From an uncultured Gammaproteobacteria bacterium (GTDB taxonomy: Bacteria; Pseudomonadota; Gammaproteobacteria; Steroidobacterales; Steroidobacteraceae), in contig CAVXGV010000007.1 of the NCBI GenBank assembly GCA_963761345.1, positions 115,346 to 179,345 of the forward strand: 64,000 nucleotides of DNA. The letters run 5' to 3'. Both the position numbers and the translations under genes were made by a program. Below the pieces are notes generated by a model. It was given only the letters and a program-made list of their open reading frames with translations. It did no database searches and was not told the DNA's origin. Positions 51,680-60,751 of this stretch are shown here, in pieces (within the stretch, counting starts at the first letter, position 1; every line of letters starts with the position of its first letter).

Positions 51680-53653
51680 CTACCCAATGTGCTCGATCCG
51701 CGTCAACAGTCCCTCGACTCGCGGCAATTCGGCGCCGCGAACGGCCGCGAAGGCCACGATGTGTTCAAGGATGTGCTGCACGTAGGCCCGGGTTTCGTTG
51801 TAGGGGATATTTTCGATCCAAACGTCGGCATCCATGGACTGCGGGGGCAGCCAGCGTGCGACCGCCGCGGGCCCTGCGTTGTAGGCGGCAAGACTCACGG
51901 CGAGTTGTTCGCCATAGCGGTCCAGTAGTTCGCGCAGATAAGCGGCGCCCAGCGGCACTGCGATCGACGGATCAAACAGGCCGTCGCGAGCGGGTGAAGA
52001 TAAATGCCAGCGGCGGGCAATGGCAGAGGCGGTGGAGGGCACCATTTGCATGACCCCGCGCGCGTCGGCGTGGGACACCGCATCTTTGCGAAACAGACTT
52101 TCCTGGCGTATGACCGCCAGTATCCAATCTTGCGGCAACCGGGCGAGTTTGCCGGCCTGGCTCACGGCATCCAAGTAAGGCCGAGGATAGCGCAGAGCGA
52201 CGTCGTCGAATTCACCGGTCTGCGCCAATGTTGAAATGGATTGGGAAAACCAGCCCCAATGCGAGGCGAGGAGCGCAGCTTGAACCTTCAGGGCCGTATC
52301 GGCACCGTCCAAAGCGGCCGTCCACTCGGCAGCGGCCTCATCCGTCATGTCGCAGTCGAAGAGCTCGTGCGCGCGAATCAGAGCGGATTGAGCGGCAAGT
52401 GAGGCCTGCGCGGAAGCATCCGGCGGCGAGGGCCGCGCGTTCAAATGGTAGGGTTGTTTGAGGCGGTCGGCCGCTAGATAGCCGTAGTAGTCTCGAAGAT
52501 CGGCGATCTCACGGAACATCGGCGCGGCGGCATCGTTTCCCATGGTCGCCGCCGTTGCGCGTGCGCGCCAATAGCGCCAGCGCGGTTGCGTGGATAGACT
52601 CGAAGGCATCTGCTCCAGCCATTCGAGCGCCCGGGCGTACTCGCCTTTCCATAAAGCGGCTCGTACCCGCCACTCCTGCACCTGGCTGTCGATCGCTGTC
52701 GGCGGCAGCGCGTCGAATGCCGCCATCGCCCGGGGATCGCGGCCGTAAGCCGCGCCGAGCGCGGCAGAACGTTTGAGCCGTTCCTGCAGCCCTGGCGCGT
52801 CGTCGCGGGCGAGCAGCCGCGGCAGCAGATCGAGGGCAAATGCAGGTTCAGTGCGCGAGAGCTTGTCGAACCCGGCCGCCAATGCTTCCGGTTCGACGGG
52901 CAATGAGGGCCGAGCCGCCAACACGCTCAGTGCTGATCGCGGCGAATCCAAAAGATCCGACCACTGAATCAGCGCGGCCCTGCGGCTCAAGGGAACATCG
53001 GCCGCAAATTCGCGCGCCAGGCGCGGCGTGTCGGCCGCGAGTGCCGCCCGCGTGCGCGTCTCCGCCAAGGCCGGCGTCAGAACCCCCTGCTGCCGCAGCC
53101 ATGAAAAAACGTTTGAACATTCGGCCGGTGGCTTCTGCGGCACAATCCAGCGCAGCAACGCGGCGGCCGCGAGCCCCTGCGTGTCGTTGGTCGCCAACCG
53201 CCCCTCCAACCGATCGCAAATCAATACCGGGTCGATGACATCCGCGGAACGGGGCAGGAACCAGTCCCAGCGGCGGCGCTGCGCAAGGCTCGTGAGCCAA
53301 TCCCGCCGCAGCCCACGAACCACAGGTTGCCCCGCATGGGTGTGCAGAAATGCATCTATCGTCGCGTCAATGTTTTCATCCGGCCGGCCAAGGTCGCGCC
53401 GAAGTCTTGCCGCAACCAGGTAGTCGTGGATGGCGTAGCGTTCCAGTGCCGGAGAATCCGGAATGTCCGGTTGCTGCAGGCGGACACGTTGCATGGCCGC
53501 CATGAATTCCCGGCGAACGCCTTCGGAGTCCGCGGGCGAGGGGGCGCAGAAAACGCGCGCAGAGGCGAAAAAAATTACCGCACTCAAGAGCGCGGTGCGC
53601 GCTCGTGGCCATCGAGGCCATCGGGAATGCTCGGACAGGCTCGTGGTCGACAT
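51680..53653 (-). CDS. slt: Soluble lytic murein transglycosylase (Slt70-like)
   Basis: The ATG is at 53653. A long helical N-domain is followed by a C-terminal SLT catalytic region (IRQESLFRKDAVSHADARGVMQMVPSTA, AAYNAGPAAVARW). Confidence 0.85.
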   Translation of the reverse strand: MSTTSLSEHSRWPRWPRARTALLSAVIFFASARVFCAPSPADSEGVRREFMAAMQRVRLQQPDIPDSPALERYAIHDYLVAARLRRDLGRPDENIDATIDAFLHTHAGQPVVRGLRRDWLTSLAQRRRWDWFLPRSADVIDPVLICDRLEGRLATNDTQGLAAAALLRWIVPQKPPAECSNVFSWLRQQGVLTPALAETRTRAALAADTPRLAREFAADVPLSRRAALIQWSDLLDSPRSALSVLAARPSLPVEPEALAAGFDKLSRTEPAFALDLLPRLLARDDAPGLQERLKRSAALGAAYGRDPRAMAAFDALPPTAIDSQVQEWRVRAALWKGEYARALEWLEQMPSSLSTQPRWRYWRARATAATMGNDAAAPMFREIADLRDYYGYLAADRLKQPYHLNARPSPPDASAQASLAAQSALIRAHELFDCDMTDEAAAEWTAALDGADTALKVQAALLASHWGWFSQSISTLAQTGEFDDVALRYPRPYLDAVSQAGKLARLPQDWILAVIRQESLFRKDAVSHADARGVMQMVPSTASAIARRWHLSSPARDGLFDPSIAVPLGAAYLRELLDRYGEQLAVSLAAYNAGPAAVARWLPPQSMDADVWIENIPYNETRAYVQHILEHIVAFAAVRGAELPRVEGLLTRIEHIG

Positions 53654-53684
53654 CGCGACAGTATGCTGGTTGAATGTGCTTGGA

Positions 53685-54488
53685 ATGAAATCAAAAGTCG
53701 TGGCGATACTTGAGACGCGCGCCGGGACCCGTCTGGCGGAGTTGGTTACGCGCCGCGGCGGCCTGCCCATGCTCGCGCCGGCGCTGGAAGAGGTACCGGA
53801 TGTCGATCCACGGGCGATGCTCTCGCTGTTCGATCGATGGCGGGCCGAGCCCTTCAAGATCTGCATTTTTCAGACCGGCGTCGGTACCAAAGCGCTTTTT
53901 GCCGCAACCGACGCCGCGAACCTGACCGACGAACTGAAGCAATTGCTGTCGGCATCAATGGTCGTGGTGCGAGGGCCGAAGCCGGTCGGTGAATTGAACA
54001 CACGCAACATTCGTATCGACATACGGGCGGAATCTCCTTTTACAACCGAAATGGTGTTGGCGGCCCTTGCCGGCATAGAGCTCAAGGGGTTCTCGATTCT
54101 GGTTCAGCGTTACGGTGCGGCCAACCAAGCGCTGGCCGGCGCACTGGAGGCCCGAGGCGCAACGGTGCTTGAAATCGCCACGTACCGATGGGCATTGCCC
54201 GCCGATACGCGGCCTCTCGTGGAACTGCTGCAGGCATTGGACCATGGCCGCGTCGATGCCGTGGTCTTTACGAGCGCGGTTCAAATGCACAATCTCTACG
54301 CCATTGCGCAGAAGGTCGGCTGTGCCGGGCAGTTGGCAGATCGCTTGAATCGCTCAGTCGTCGCGTCAATCGGCCCAGTCTGCTCGCGCGCGCTGCGCGA
54401 TTACGGCGTTACGCCGACGCTGGAAGCCAGCCCGCCGAAACTAGGGCCGCTGCTCGCGGCGCTGGATGCGGCGTTGAGCGCCGCATAA
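53685..54488 (+). CDS. Uroporphyrinogen-III synthase (HemD)-family protein
   Basis: The ATG at 53685 gives 267 aa. It has a two-lobe flavodoxin-like repeat pattern (FQTGVGTKALF ... VVFTSAVQMHNL), from memory of the HEM4 family. No other heme genes are nearby. Confidence 0.55.
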   Translation: MKSKVVAILETRAGTRLAELVTRRGGLPMLAPALEEVPDVDPRAMLSLFDRWRAEPFKICIFQTGVGTKALFAATDAANLTDELKQLLSASMVVVRGPKPVGELNTRNIRIDIRAESPFTTEMVLAALAGIELKGFSILVQRYGAANQALAGALEARGATVLEIATYRWALPADTRPLVELLQALDHGRVDAVVFTSAVQMHNLYAIAQKVGCAGQLADRLNRSVVASIGPVCSRALRDYGVTPTLEASPPKLGPLLAALDAALSAA

Positions 54489-54593
54489 TAGCCCGCGCTG
54501 TCGGTGTCGGACTGACAGGCGCTTGGCCGCCGCCCCATGCTGCCCGGCTGGGTTGACGGCTGCTGACAGGCGGGGAATGTCTGCCAGTTTTTC

Positions 54594-54941
54594 TTAACTG
54601 CTGCCGCCCACCGAGGGCGAGTCGCTGGCGGGGAAGGATTCCTCCAGCGCCTCATCCAGCAACTCATCCACGTGGCGTTTATCGGACGAATGGGCGTGCT
54701 TGTGCATGTACGCAGCCGCATAAGAACACGCGGGATTGATCGACCAACCATGTTCCCCCGCGACCTTCAGCGCCTCGCGCATCAGCTCTGCGGCGATGCC
54801 GCGTCCGCCGATGGCCTGCGGAACGCGGGTATGGGTGATGGTCATGACGCCGTCCGCCAACGTGTAGTCCAATTCTGCACGATGCCCATCGACATCGGCG
54901 CTGAACTGATTTGCTTTCGGGTCGTGGTTAATGGTGCTCAT
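54594..54941 (-). CDS. Small GNAT-like N-acetyltransferase (YjdJ type) with an acidic FPASD tail
   Basis: 115 aa. The core is ITHTRVPQAIGGRGIAAELMREAL...NPACSYAAAYMHKH. The C-terminal extension is DELLDEALEESFPASDSPSVGGSS. Confidence 0.65.
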   Translation of the reverse strand: MSTINHDPKANQFSADVDGHRAELDYTLADGVMTITHTRVPQAIGGRGIAAELMREALKVAGEHGWSINPACSYAAAYMHKHAHSSDKRHVDELLDEALEESFPASDSPSVGGSS

Positions 54942-56157
54942 GTTCCGCTGGATGCTCCTGGGGATGCTCAGCGGGCCGCGGCGCTTCACGAGGCTGCGGT
55001 CTCGGCTGTTGAGCTTGCGCCGGTTGACGACGCTGCTCAACCGGCGGGGGTTCCCGTTGTGGCGGCGGCTGGCGAGGCGGCGGCGCTTCCCGAGGGGGCG
55101 GCGCCTGGCGAGGGGCAGGCGCTTCGCGCTGGGGTGCCGCTTGGCGAGGGGCAGGCGCTTCGCGCTGCGGTGCCGCTTGGCGAGGAGCAGGCGCTTCGCG
55201 CTGGGGTACCGCTTCGCGCTGGGGTGCCGCTTGGCGAGGTTGGGGATTGGCCCGCTCGCGCGGGGCCGCGGCGTCGCGATTGATATCGCGATTCGGTGTA
55301 GCTTGTGCCGGACGCGAGGTGTTCTGGCGCGGCTCTGAGTAAGGGCGCACGCTCCCCGCATGCTGAGCAGGCACTGGATTCGAGAAATTTCCGGCCCGCG
55401 GTGTTGCAGCAATAGGCGGATTGCCATGATTGGAGGCGGCGCGCAGTTGTGGATTCGAACGCGCCGTCTGTTCATGCTGCCGTTGAACCGGGGTGGCCTG
55501 GATGTGGCGATCGCGCGCCGCGGCCAGTTCCCCCGAAGTGGGTTGGGCCCGAACGCCGTTGCTGCCGCCGTTGAAACTGACGCGATTTACGGTGACATTG
55601 TTGATGACCGTCTTGTTATAGACGTTGGTAATGTGGGTCGAACCGACATTGACCACGGCGCGATTGTAGTAAAGACGCCCGCCTTGCCAGTAGCCGCCCT
55701 CGTAGCCTCTGCCGCCATAGCCGTAGCCGTAATTGACCCCGCCATAAAATCCCACGGTGGGGCCCCAATAGCCTGCGTTCCAAAGATAAACGCCGTCCGC
55801 GAAAGCCCAGTAGCCGGGAGTCCATAGATAGTCGGGCTGCGGTGCCTCGACCCAGGTGCCCGGCACCCAATAATAGTCCTGAATATCGTCGCTCCAAGCC
55901 CAATACCCGGGTGTCCACAGATAACCATCCCCAGGAATCGGCGGTTGCTCGTACACCGGTAGTTCCGGCGGAGCAATACTGACCGAAACGCTGATTTGCC
56001 CGATGCCAAGCAGGGGTACCAGCAGCAATAACGCGGGTAAGATGGAGCGAATCCAGCTAGTTCTGACCATCAAAGGACGGGGTCGTCCTCGACCCCGTTG
56101 AAAGGTGGCGCGCAGCGCCTTAATAGTGGCGCGCAGCGCCTTAATAGTCGAAAGCAT
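54928..56157 (-). CDS. YXWGXW-repeat exported protein with a Pro/Arg/Gln-rich repetitive C-terminus
   Basis: Motifs are YLWTPGYWAW, YYWVPGTWV, YLWTPGYWAF and YLWNAGYWG. The ATG at 56157 has the SD GGAGA. An alternative ATG at 56070 lies directly before the hydrophobic signal segment. The 3' end overlaps the GNAT start by 14 nt. Confidence 0.75.
   Translation of the reverse strand: MLSTIKALRATIKALRATFQRGRGRPRPLMVRTSWIRSILPALLLLVPLLGIGQISVSVSIAPPELPVYEQPPIPGDGYLWTPGYWAWSDDIQDYYWVPGTWVEAPQPDYLWTPGYWAFADGVYLWNAGYWGPTVGFYGGVNYGYGYGGRGYEGGYWQGGRLYYNRAVVNVGSTHITNVYNKTVINNVTVNRVSFNGGSNGVRAQPTSGELAAARDRHIQATPVQRQHEQTARSNPQLRAASNHGNPPIAATPRAGNFSNPVPAQHAGSVRPYSEPRQNTSRPAQATPNRDINRDAAAPRERANPQPRQAAPQREAVPQREAPAPRQAAPQREAPAPRQAAPQREAPAPRQAPPPREAPPPRQPPPQREPPPVEQRRQPAQAQQPRPQPREAPRPAEHPQEHPAEHEHH
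55105..55239. repeat. 36-bp in-frame tandem repeat (about 3.7 units) inside the YXWGXW gene
   Basis: Units start at 55105, 55141 and 55177, plus a partial unit. They encode reiterated APQREAPAPRQA. Confidence 0.85.
56105..56146. repeat. Perfect 21-bp tandem duplication (GTGGCGCGCAGCGCCTTAATA x2)
   Basis: Identical copies lie at 56105-56125 and 56126-56146. If translation starts at 56157 they are in frame and encode IKALRAT twice. Otherwise they sit in the 5' leader. Confidence 0.9.
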
Positions 56158-56323
56158 GGTTTTCTCCGACAGTGGCAACGCGTTGTCGCGGAAAATTCTT
56201 GTACTGAACTCACTATATCAGTACGGCGGGCCGTCTTAATCAGCGCGCTGCGGGCGCCCCTGTAGGATATTGCCTATAGGCGCCCCTCTTATGGTGCCTA
56301 CCTAATATATCAAGGTTGCATTT

Positions 56324-58999
56324 ATGACAGCCGCCGCCCCTGCGATTACCCAAAATGCAGACGTTCGATTCCTCGGCAAGCTGCTCGGCGATGTGATCCG
56401 CACATACGGCGGCGACAAGCTGCTCGATCGAATCGAAGCCATCCGCGCAGCCTCCGTCGATCGCTATCGCGGCATTGCCAATCCCAGAGGCCTCGCAGCC
56501 GGCTGGGAGAGCTTGTCGCTCGACGAGACGCTGGCTTTCGTGCGCAGCTTCATGCTTTTTTCCATGCTGGCGAATCTTGCCGAGGACCGGCAGGGAGCGG
56601 CGGTAGAGAAAGACAGTACGTTGGCGGCGGCCGTGGATTTCCTGCGGCGCCAGGGTGTGAAGCTTGCCGATGCCGCATCGTTGCTCGACCTCGCCCTCAT
56701 TACGCCGGTGTTGACGGCGCACCCCACCGAGGTGATGCGCAAAAGCATGCTCGATCATCGCAACCGCATCGCGGCACTGATGGCGCAGCGGGACCTGGGC
56801 TCCAAAGAGACCGCCGCCGGTGAAGTGATTGAAGACGCCATTGCCGCTCAGATTGCCTTCCTGTGGCAGACGCGGGCGCTCAGGCACGAGCGGCTGTATG
56901 TTGCCGATGAAGTCGATACGGCACTGACCTATCTGAGAGACATCTTTCTGCCCGTCATGCCGGCGCTTTACGCGCGCTGGGAGCGCCTGCTCGGCAAGCG
57001 CCCGAAGAGTTTTTTGCGGCTGGGCAGTTGGATCGGCGGCGACCGCGATGGGAATCCGCATGTCACGGCCGACTCCTTGCGCCTGGCGTTGGGACGCGCC
57101 AGTCAGGCGCTTCTGGCCGACTATCTGCAACAGCTCAATGCGCTTGGGGCGGAGTTGTCCTTGTCGAGCGAACTCGCGGCCGTCTCAGAGCCTCTCGAGG
57201 GGCTGGCTCAACGGGGCGGGGATGTGAACCCGGCGCGCGCCGATGAGCCGTACCGGCGGGCAATCACGGGCATGTATGCCCGGCTCGCGGCGACCTATCA
57301 AAGCCTGACCGGCCGCATGCCGCCAAGACCCGCCAGCGTCGAGGCATCCGCCTATCCGGATGCCGCCAGCCTGCGCGCAGATCTGGAAGTGCTCGAGGAC
57401 TCGTTGAAATCGAAGAGCCAAGTACGGCTCAACGGGGGCGGCTCACTGGCCCGCCTCAATCGCGCAGTCGAAACCTTCGGCTTTCATCTGGCCACGCTGG
57501 ATCTTCGGCAAAACGCCGACGTGCACGGCCGCGTGGTTGCGGAACTGTTGAAAGTCGCGGGTGTTGCGCAGGACTACGCGGCGCTCGGCGAACCCGAGCG
57601 CATCGCGCTGCTGCGGCGCGAACTGAGCAGCGAGCGGCTGTTGGCAAGCCCTTATGCAGGCTACTCGCCGGAAACTCTGTCCGAGTTGGACATCGTGCGC
57701 GCGGCCGCCGAGGCCCACCGGCGCTACGGCCCCGAGTGCATCCGTTTCTACATTATTTCCAAGTGCGCGAGCGTTTCCGATCTGCTGGAAGTCAACATCT
57801 TGCTCAAGGAAGCCGGGCTTTACCGCGCGCACGGCACCGCATCGGCCGCGATCATGGCGGTGCCACTGTTCGAAACCATCGCCGATCTGGAAGGATCAGC
57901 CGATGTGATGCAGGCATGGTTGCAATTGCCCGAGACCGCGGCGATTACCGGAGCCTTTGGGTTTCAAGAGGTCATGGTGGGGTATTCGGATTCGAACAAG
58001 GACGGCGGGTATTTAACCTCCGTTTGGAGCCTGCACCAGGCCTCGCGCAAGCTCGCTTTGGTCTTCGAGCAACACGCCACGCCCATGCAGGTATTCCATG
58101 GCCGTGGCGGTGCCGTGGGCCGCGGCGGCGGCTCATCCTTCGCCGCGATCCGCGCGCAACCACACGGCACGGTGCGCGGCCGTATCCGGATTACGGAGCA
58201 GGGTGAAATCATCGCGGCAAAGTACGGTACCTGCGAAAGTGCCGCCACGAATCTGGAGTCGATCGCGGCGGCAACCCTGCTGGCGTCGCTCGAAAAGGCT
58301 GCGCTGTCCGCGGAAAACGGCCGACGCTTCGCAGCCGCGATGGACAGTCTCTCCAATGAGGCGTTTCGGGCCTATCGCGCGCTGGTGTACGAGACGGAAG
58401 GCTTTGCGGCGTTTTTCCGGCAGATGACGCCGTTGTTGGAGATCTCGGAACTGAAAATCGGTTCGCGGCCCGCCTCGCGAACCAACTCGCAAAGAATCGA
58501 GGATCTGCGGGCGATACCGTGGGTTTTCAGTTGGGCGCAGGCCCGAGTGATGTTGCCCGGCTGGTATGGCGTGGGCCAGGCGCTGCGCTGCGCCGACATC
58601 GGATTGCTGCGGGAGATGCTGGAGGCGTGGCCTTTCTTTCGCGCCACGGTCGACAATCTGGAAATGGTGCTGTCCAAATCCGATATGGGAATTGCGGCGC
58701 GTTATCTCACGCTGGTCGAAGATCGGGCACTGGGGGAGGCTTTGTTCGGCCGCATTCGCGATACGTGGCTTGCCACTCAGGATAGCCTGCTGACGGTGAC
58801 CGGCCAAACACGATTGCTGGAGAAGCATCCACTGCTGGATGCCTCGATCCGGTTGCGGCTTCCCTACATCGAACCGTTGAATCTGCTGCAGGTGGAATTG
58901 CTCAAACGACACCGGGCCGGCGAAAGCGATCCGGGCGTTCGTGAGGGCATACAACTTTCCATCAACGCGATCGCTACCGCGCTGCGCAACAGCGGTTGA
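56324..58999 (+). CDS. ppc: Phosphoenolpyruvate carboxylase
   Basis: 891 aa, with VLTAHPTE, GYSDSNKDGGY, FHGRGGAVGRGGG and the C-terminal ...TALRNSG. Confidence 0.95.
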   Translation: MTAAAPAITQNADVRFLGKLLGDVIRTYGGDKLLDRIEAIRAASVDRYRGIANPRGLAAGWESLSLDETLAFVRSFMLFSMLANLAEDRQGAAVEKDSTLAAAVDFLRRQGVKLADAASLLDLALITPVLTAHPTEVMRKSMLDHRNRIAALMAQRDLGSKETAAGEVIEDAIAAQIAFLWQTRALRHERLYVADEVDTALTYLRDIFLPVMPALYARWERLLGKRPKSFLRLGSWIGGDRDGNPHVTADSLRLALGRASQALLADYLQQLNALGAELSLSSELAAVSEPLEGLAQRGGDVNPARADEPYRRAITGMYARLAATYQSLTGRMPPRPASVEASAYPDAASLRADLEVLEDSLKSKSQVRLNGGGSLARLNRAVETFGFHLATLDLRQNADVHGRVVAELLKVAGVAQDYAALGEPERIALLRRELSSERLLASPYAGYSPETLSELDIVRAAAEAHRRYGPECIRFYIISKCASVSDLLEVNILLKEAGLYRAHGTASAAIMAVPLFETIADLEGSADVMQAWLQLPETAAITGAFGFQEVMVGYSDSNKDGGYLTSVWSLHQASRKLALVFEQHATPMQVFHGRGGAVGRGGGSSFAAIRAQPHGTVRGRIRITEQGEIIAAKYGTCESAATNLESIAAATLLASLEKAALSAENGRRFAAAMDSLSNEAFRAYRALVYETEGFAAFFRQMTPLLEISELKIGSRPASRTNSQRIEDLRAIPWVFSWAQARVMLPGWYGVGQALRCADIGLLREMLEAWPFFRATVDNLEMVLSKSDMGIAARYLTLVEDRALGEALFGRIRDTWLATQDSLLTVTGQTRLLEKHPLLDASIRLRLPYIEPLNLLQVELLKRHRAGESDPGVREGIQLSINAIATALRNSG

Positions 59000-59062
59000 A
59001 TGTGGGCCGCATGACAGTGGTGGAGTGTGCGCTGCGTGTGTTTCCGGACAGCGCCGAGCTCG

Positions 59063-60751
59063 ATGCTGCCGGATAACGAATACGGCCCGTGGAATCCGGG
59101 CATCCAGTCGCAGATGCCCAAGGATCTGCTGCATCTGGCCACGATTTTTCGCACCGAAAATGTATCCACCGGCATGGCCTCGGCGCGTGAGTTGCGCGGC
59201 CTTACCGGCTTCGGACTGAACGAATTGATGGCCTTTCGGCCGCATAGACTGGCGCTGCACGAACTTCTGGTTCGCATCACCGCTGATTTTGCGGTGCCGG
59301 ACGGGACCCGCATCGAAGATTTGGGCCTGAATTTTCGCGAGATCGCCCGCCTTCTGCTGGCCCAGTATCTGCGGCCGGAGATGGACGCCATCGTCGCTGC
59401 CTATGAGCGCGCCAGGCAAGCCGCAAGGAGCATCATCGATGCCGCATTGCTGCGCTTACGCAGCGGCTGGGGGCCGGAGCAGATCGCCGAATTCGAACGG
59501 CTTGCCGGCGCAACGGGTGATGCCGCCGCTGCGGCGGCATATAGGGCGCTTGCACGCGTCATGTCCGCGCTGTTTGCGACACAGGGTCAGGCGTGGGGTA
59601 CGAAGGAACTCATCGGTTCCATGGCCGGCAACCTCGCCTGCAACGACTTTGGCAGCGATTGCATCGGCCTTGCGATCGCGCCCATGCTGCGCAAGGCGGC
59701 GCGCGAGCAGGGATACAAAATTCTGCCAAGGCAAGAACATCCTGTCGTCATCAATACCAAGGGGCCGTCGGCGTCCGGCAAGAGCACGTTGCGGCCGCTG
59801 CTGAAAAAACTCGCCGGCGATATCGGGGTGCAGTGGAGCGATTTTGCGCTGATCAGCCCGGACATCTGGCGCAAGCAACTCCTCGACTATGCCTCTCTGG
59901 GTGCCGCGTACAAATACGCGGGTGCCTTTACCTCGGACGAGCTGCAAATCGTCGATCAAAAGCTCGATCGCTACATGGCGAACAAGCATCGGCGCGGTGA
60001 GATGTCGCATTTATTGATCGATCGATTCAGGTTCGACAGCTTTGCCCCGGATTCGGACGAGGCGGGCAGTAACTTGCTCACCCGATTCGGACATTCGGTT
60101 TACCTGTTTTTCATGATCACGCCGCCGGCGATGCTGGTCGAGCGTGCGTGGACGCGCGGTCTGGAGGTCGGCCGCTACAAGGCAGTCGACGACACGCTGG
60201 CCCATGCGGTGGAGGCCTATTCAGGGATTCCGGACGTATTCTTTACCTGGGTGCGCCGCGCCGACAAACGCAGCCAATTCGAGTTCCTCGACAATACCGT
60301 GCGGCTGGGGCAGCGGCCACGTACGGTCGCTTTCGGCGACAACGAAACCTTCAATGTGCTGGATGTGCGGGCCCTGCTCGACATGGAGCGTTACGCGCGA
60401 ATCGACGTCGATGCCGCCGGTGAGGAATATCTGTATCCGGACCGCGCGCTATTGGCTGCCGAAAAGAACCTGGATTTCTTGAAGCGATGCATCGCAGGCT
60501 TTCGCCGGGTCAATTTTGCCGACCGGGAAAGCGGCCGGGTTTACTTGAGGATTGAATCCGGTATGCCGATTTTAAAGGATCGCGCGGCTTTCGATCTGGC
60601 GGCACAGGTGCCGGACGCACTGGCGGCGATCCGGGCCGTCGCCCCCGAAGCGCTCACCGACAAAGTGCCCTCGGTGCCGCAGGCGCAATACCTTCAGGCG
60701 CAAGACGGCGTCGGGTCGTTGCAGGCGGCGCTGGGACAGCGGGGCTCTTAG
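59063..60751 (+). CDS. Hypothetical protein: ~230-aa unknown N-domain fused to a zeta-toxin-like P-loop kinase fold
   Basis: The ORF is open from GTG 59027, and ATG 59063 is chosen (uncertain). Walker A is GPSASGKST (59762-59788), followed by LISPDIWRKQLL and LLIDRFRFD. This resembles zeta/AAA_33-type kinases, from memory only. Confidence 0.6.
   Translation: MLPDNEYGPWNPGIQSQMPKDLLHLATIFRTENVSTGMASARELRGLTGFGLNELMAFRPHRLALHELLVRITADFAVPDGTRIEDLGLNFREIARLLLAQYLRPEMDAIVAAYERARQAARSIIDAALLRLRSGWGPEQIAEFERLAGATGDAAAAAAYRALARVMSALFATQGQAWGTKELIGSMAGNLACNDFGSDCIGLAIAPMLRKAAREQGYKILPRQEHPVVINTKGPSASGKSTLRPLLKKLAGDIGVQWSDFALISPDIWRKQLLDYASLGAAYKYAGAFTSDELQIVDQKLDRYMANKHRRGEMSHLLIDRFRFDSFAPDSDEAGSNLLTRFGHSVYLFFMITPPAMLVERAWTRGLEVGRYKAVDDTLAHAVEAYSGIPDVFFTWVRRADKRSQFEFLDNTVRLGQRPRTVAFGDNETFNVLDVRALLDMERYARIDVDAAGEEYLYPDRALLAAEKNLDFLKRCIAGFRRVNFADRESGRVYLRIESGMPILKDRAAFDLAAQVPDALAAIRAVAPEALTDKVPSVPQAQYLQAQDGVGSLQAALGQRGS

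Noticed and set aside
56201-56224. The ppc-upstream palindrome as a second LexA box
   Set aside because: The arms contain TACTG/CAGTA, but the spacer between CTG and CAG is 12 nt rather than 10, and neither flanking gene is a known SOS gene. It is kept only as a generic operator candidate.
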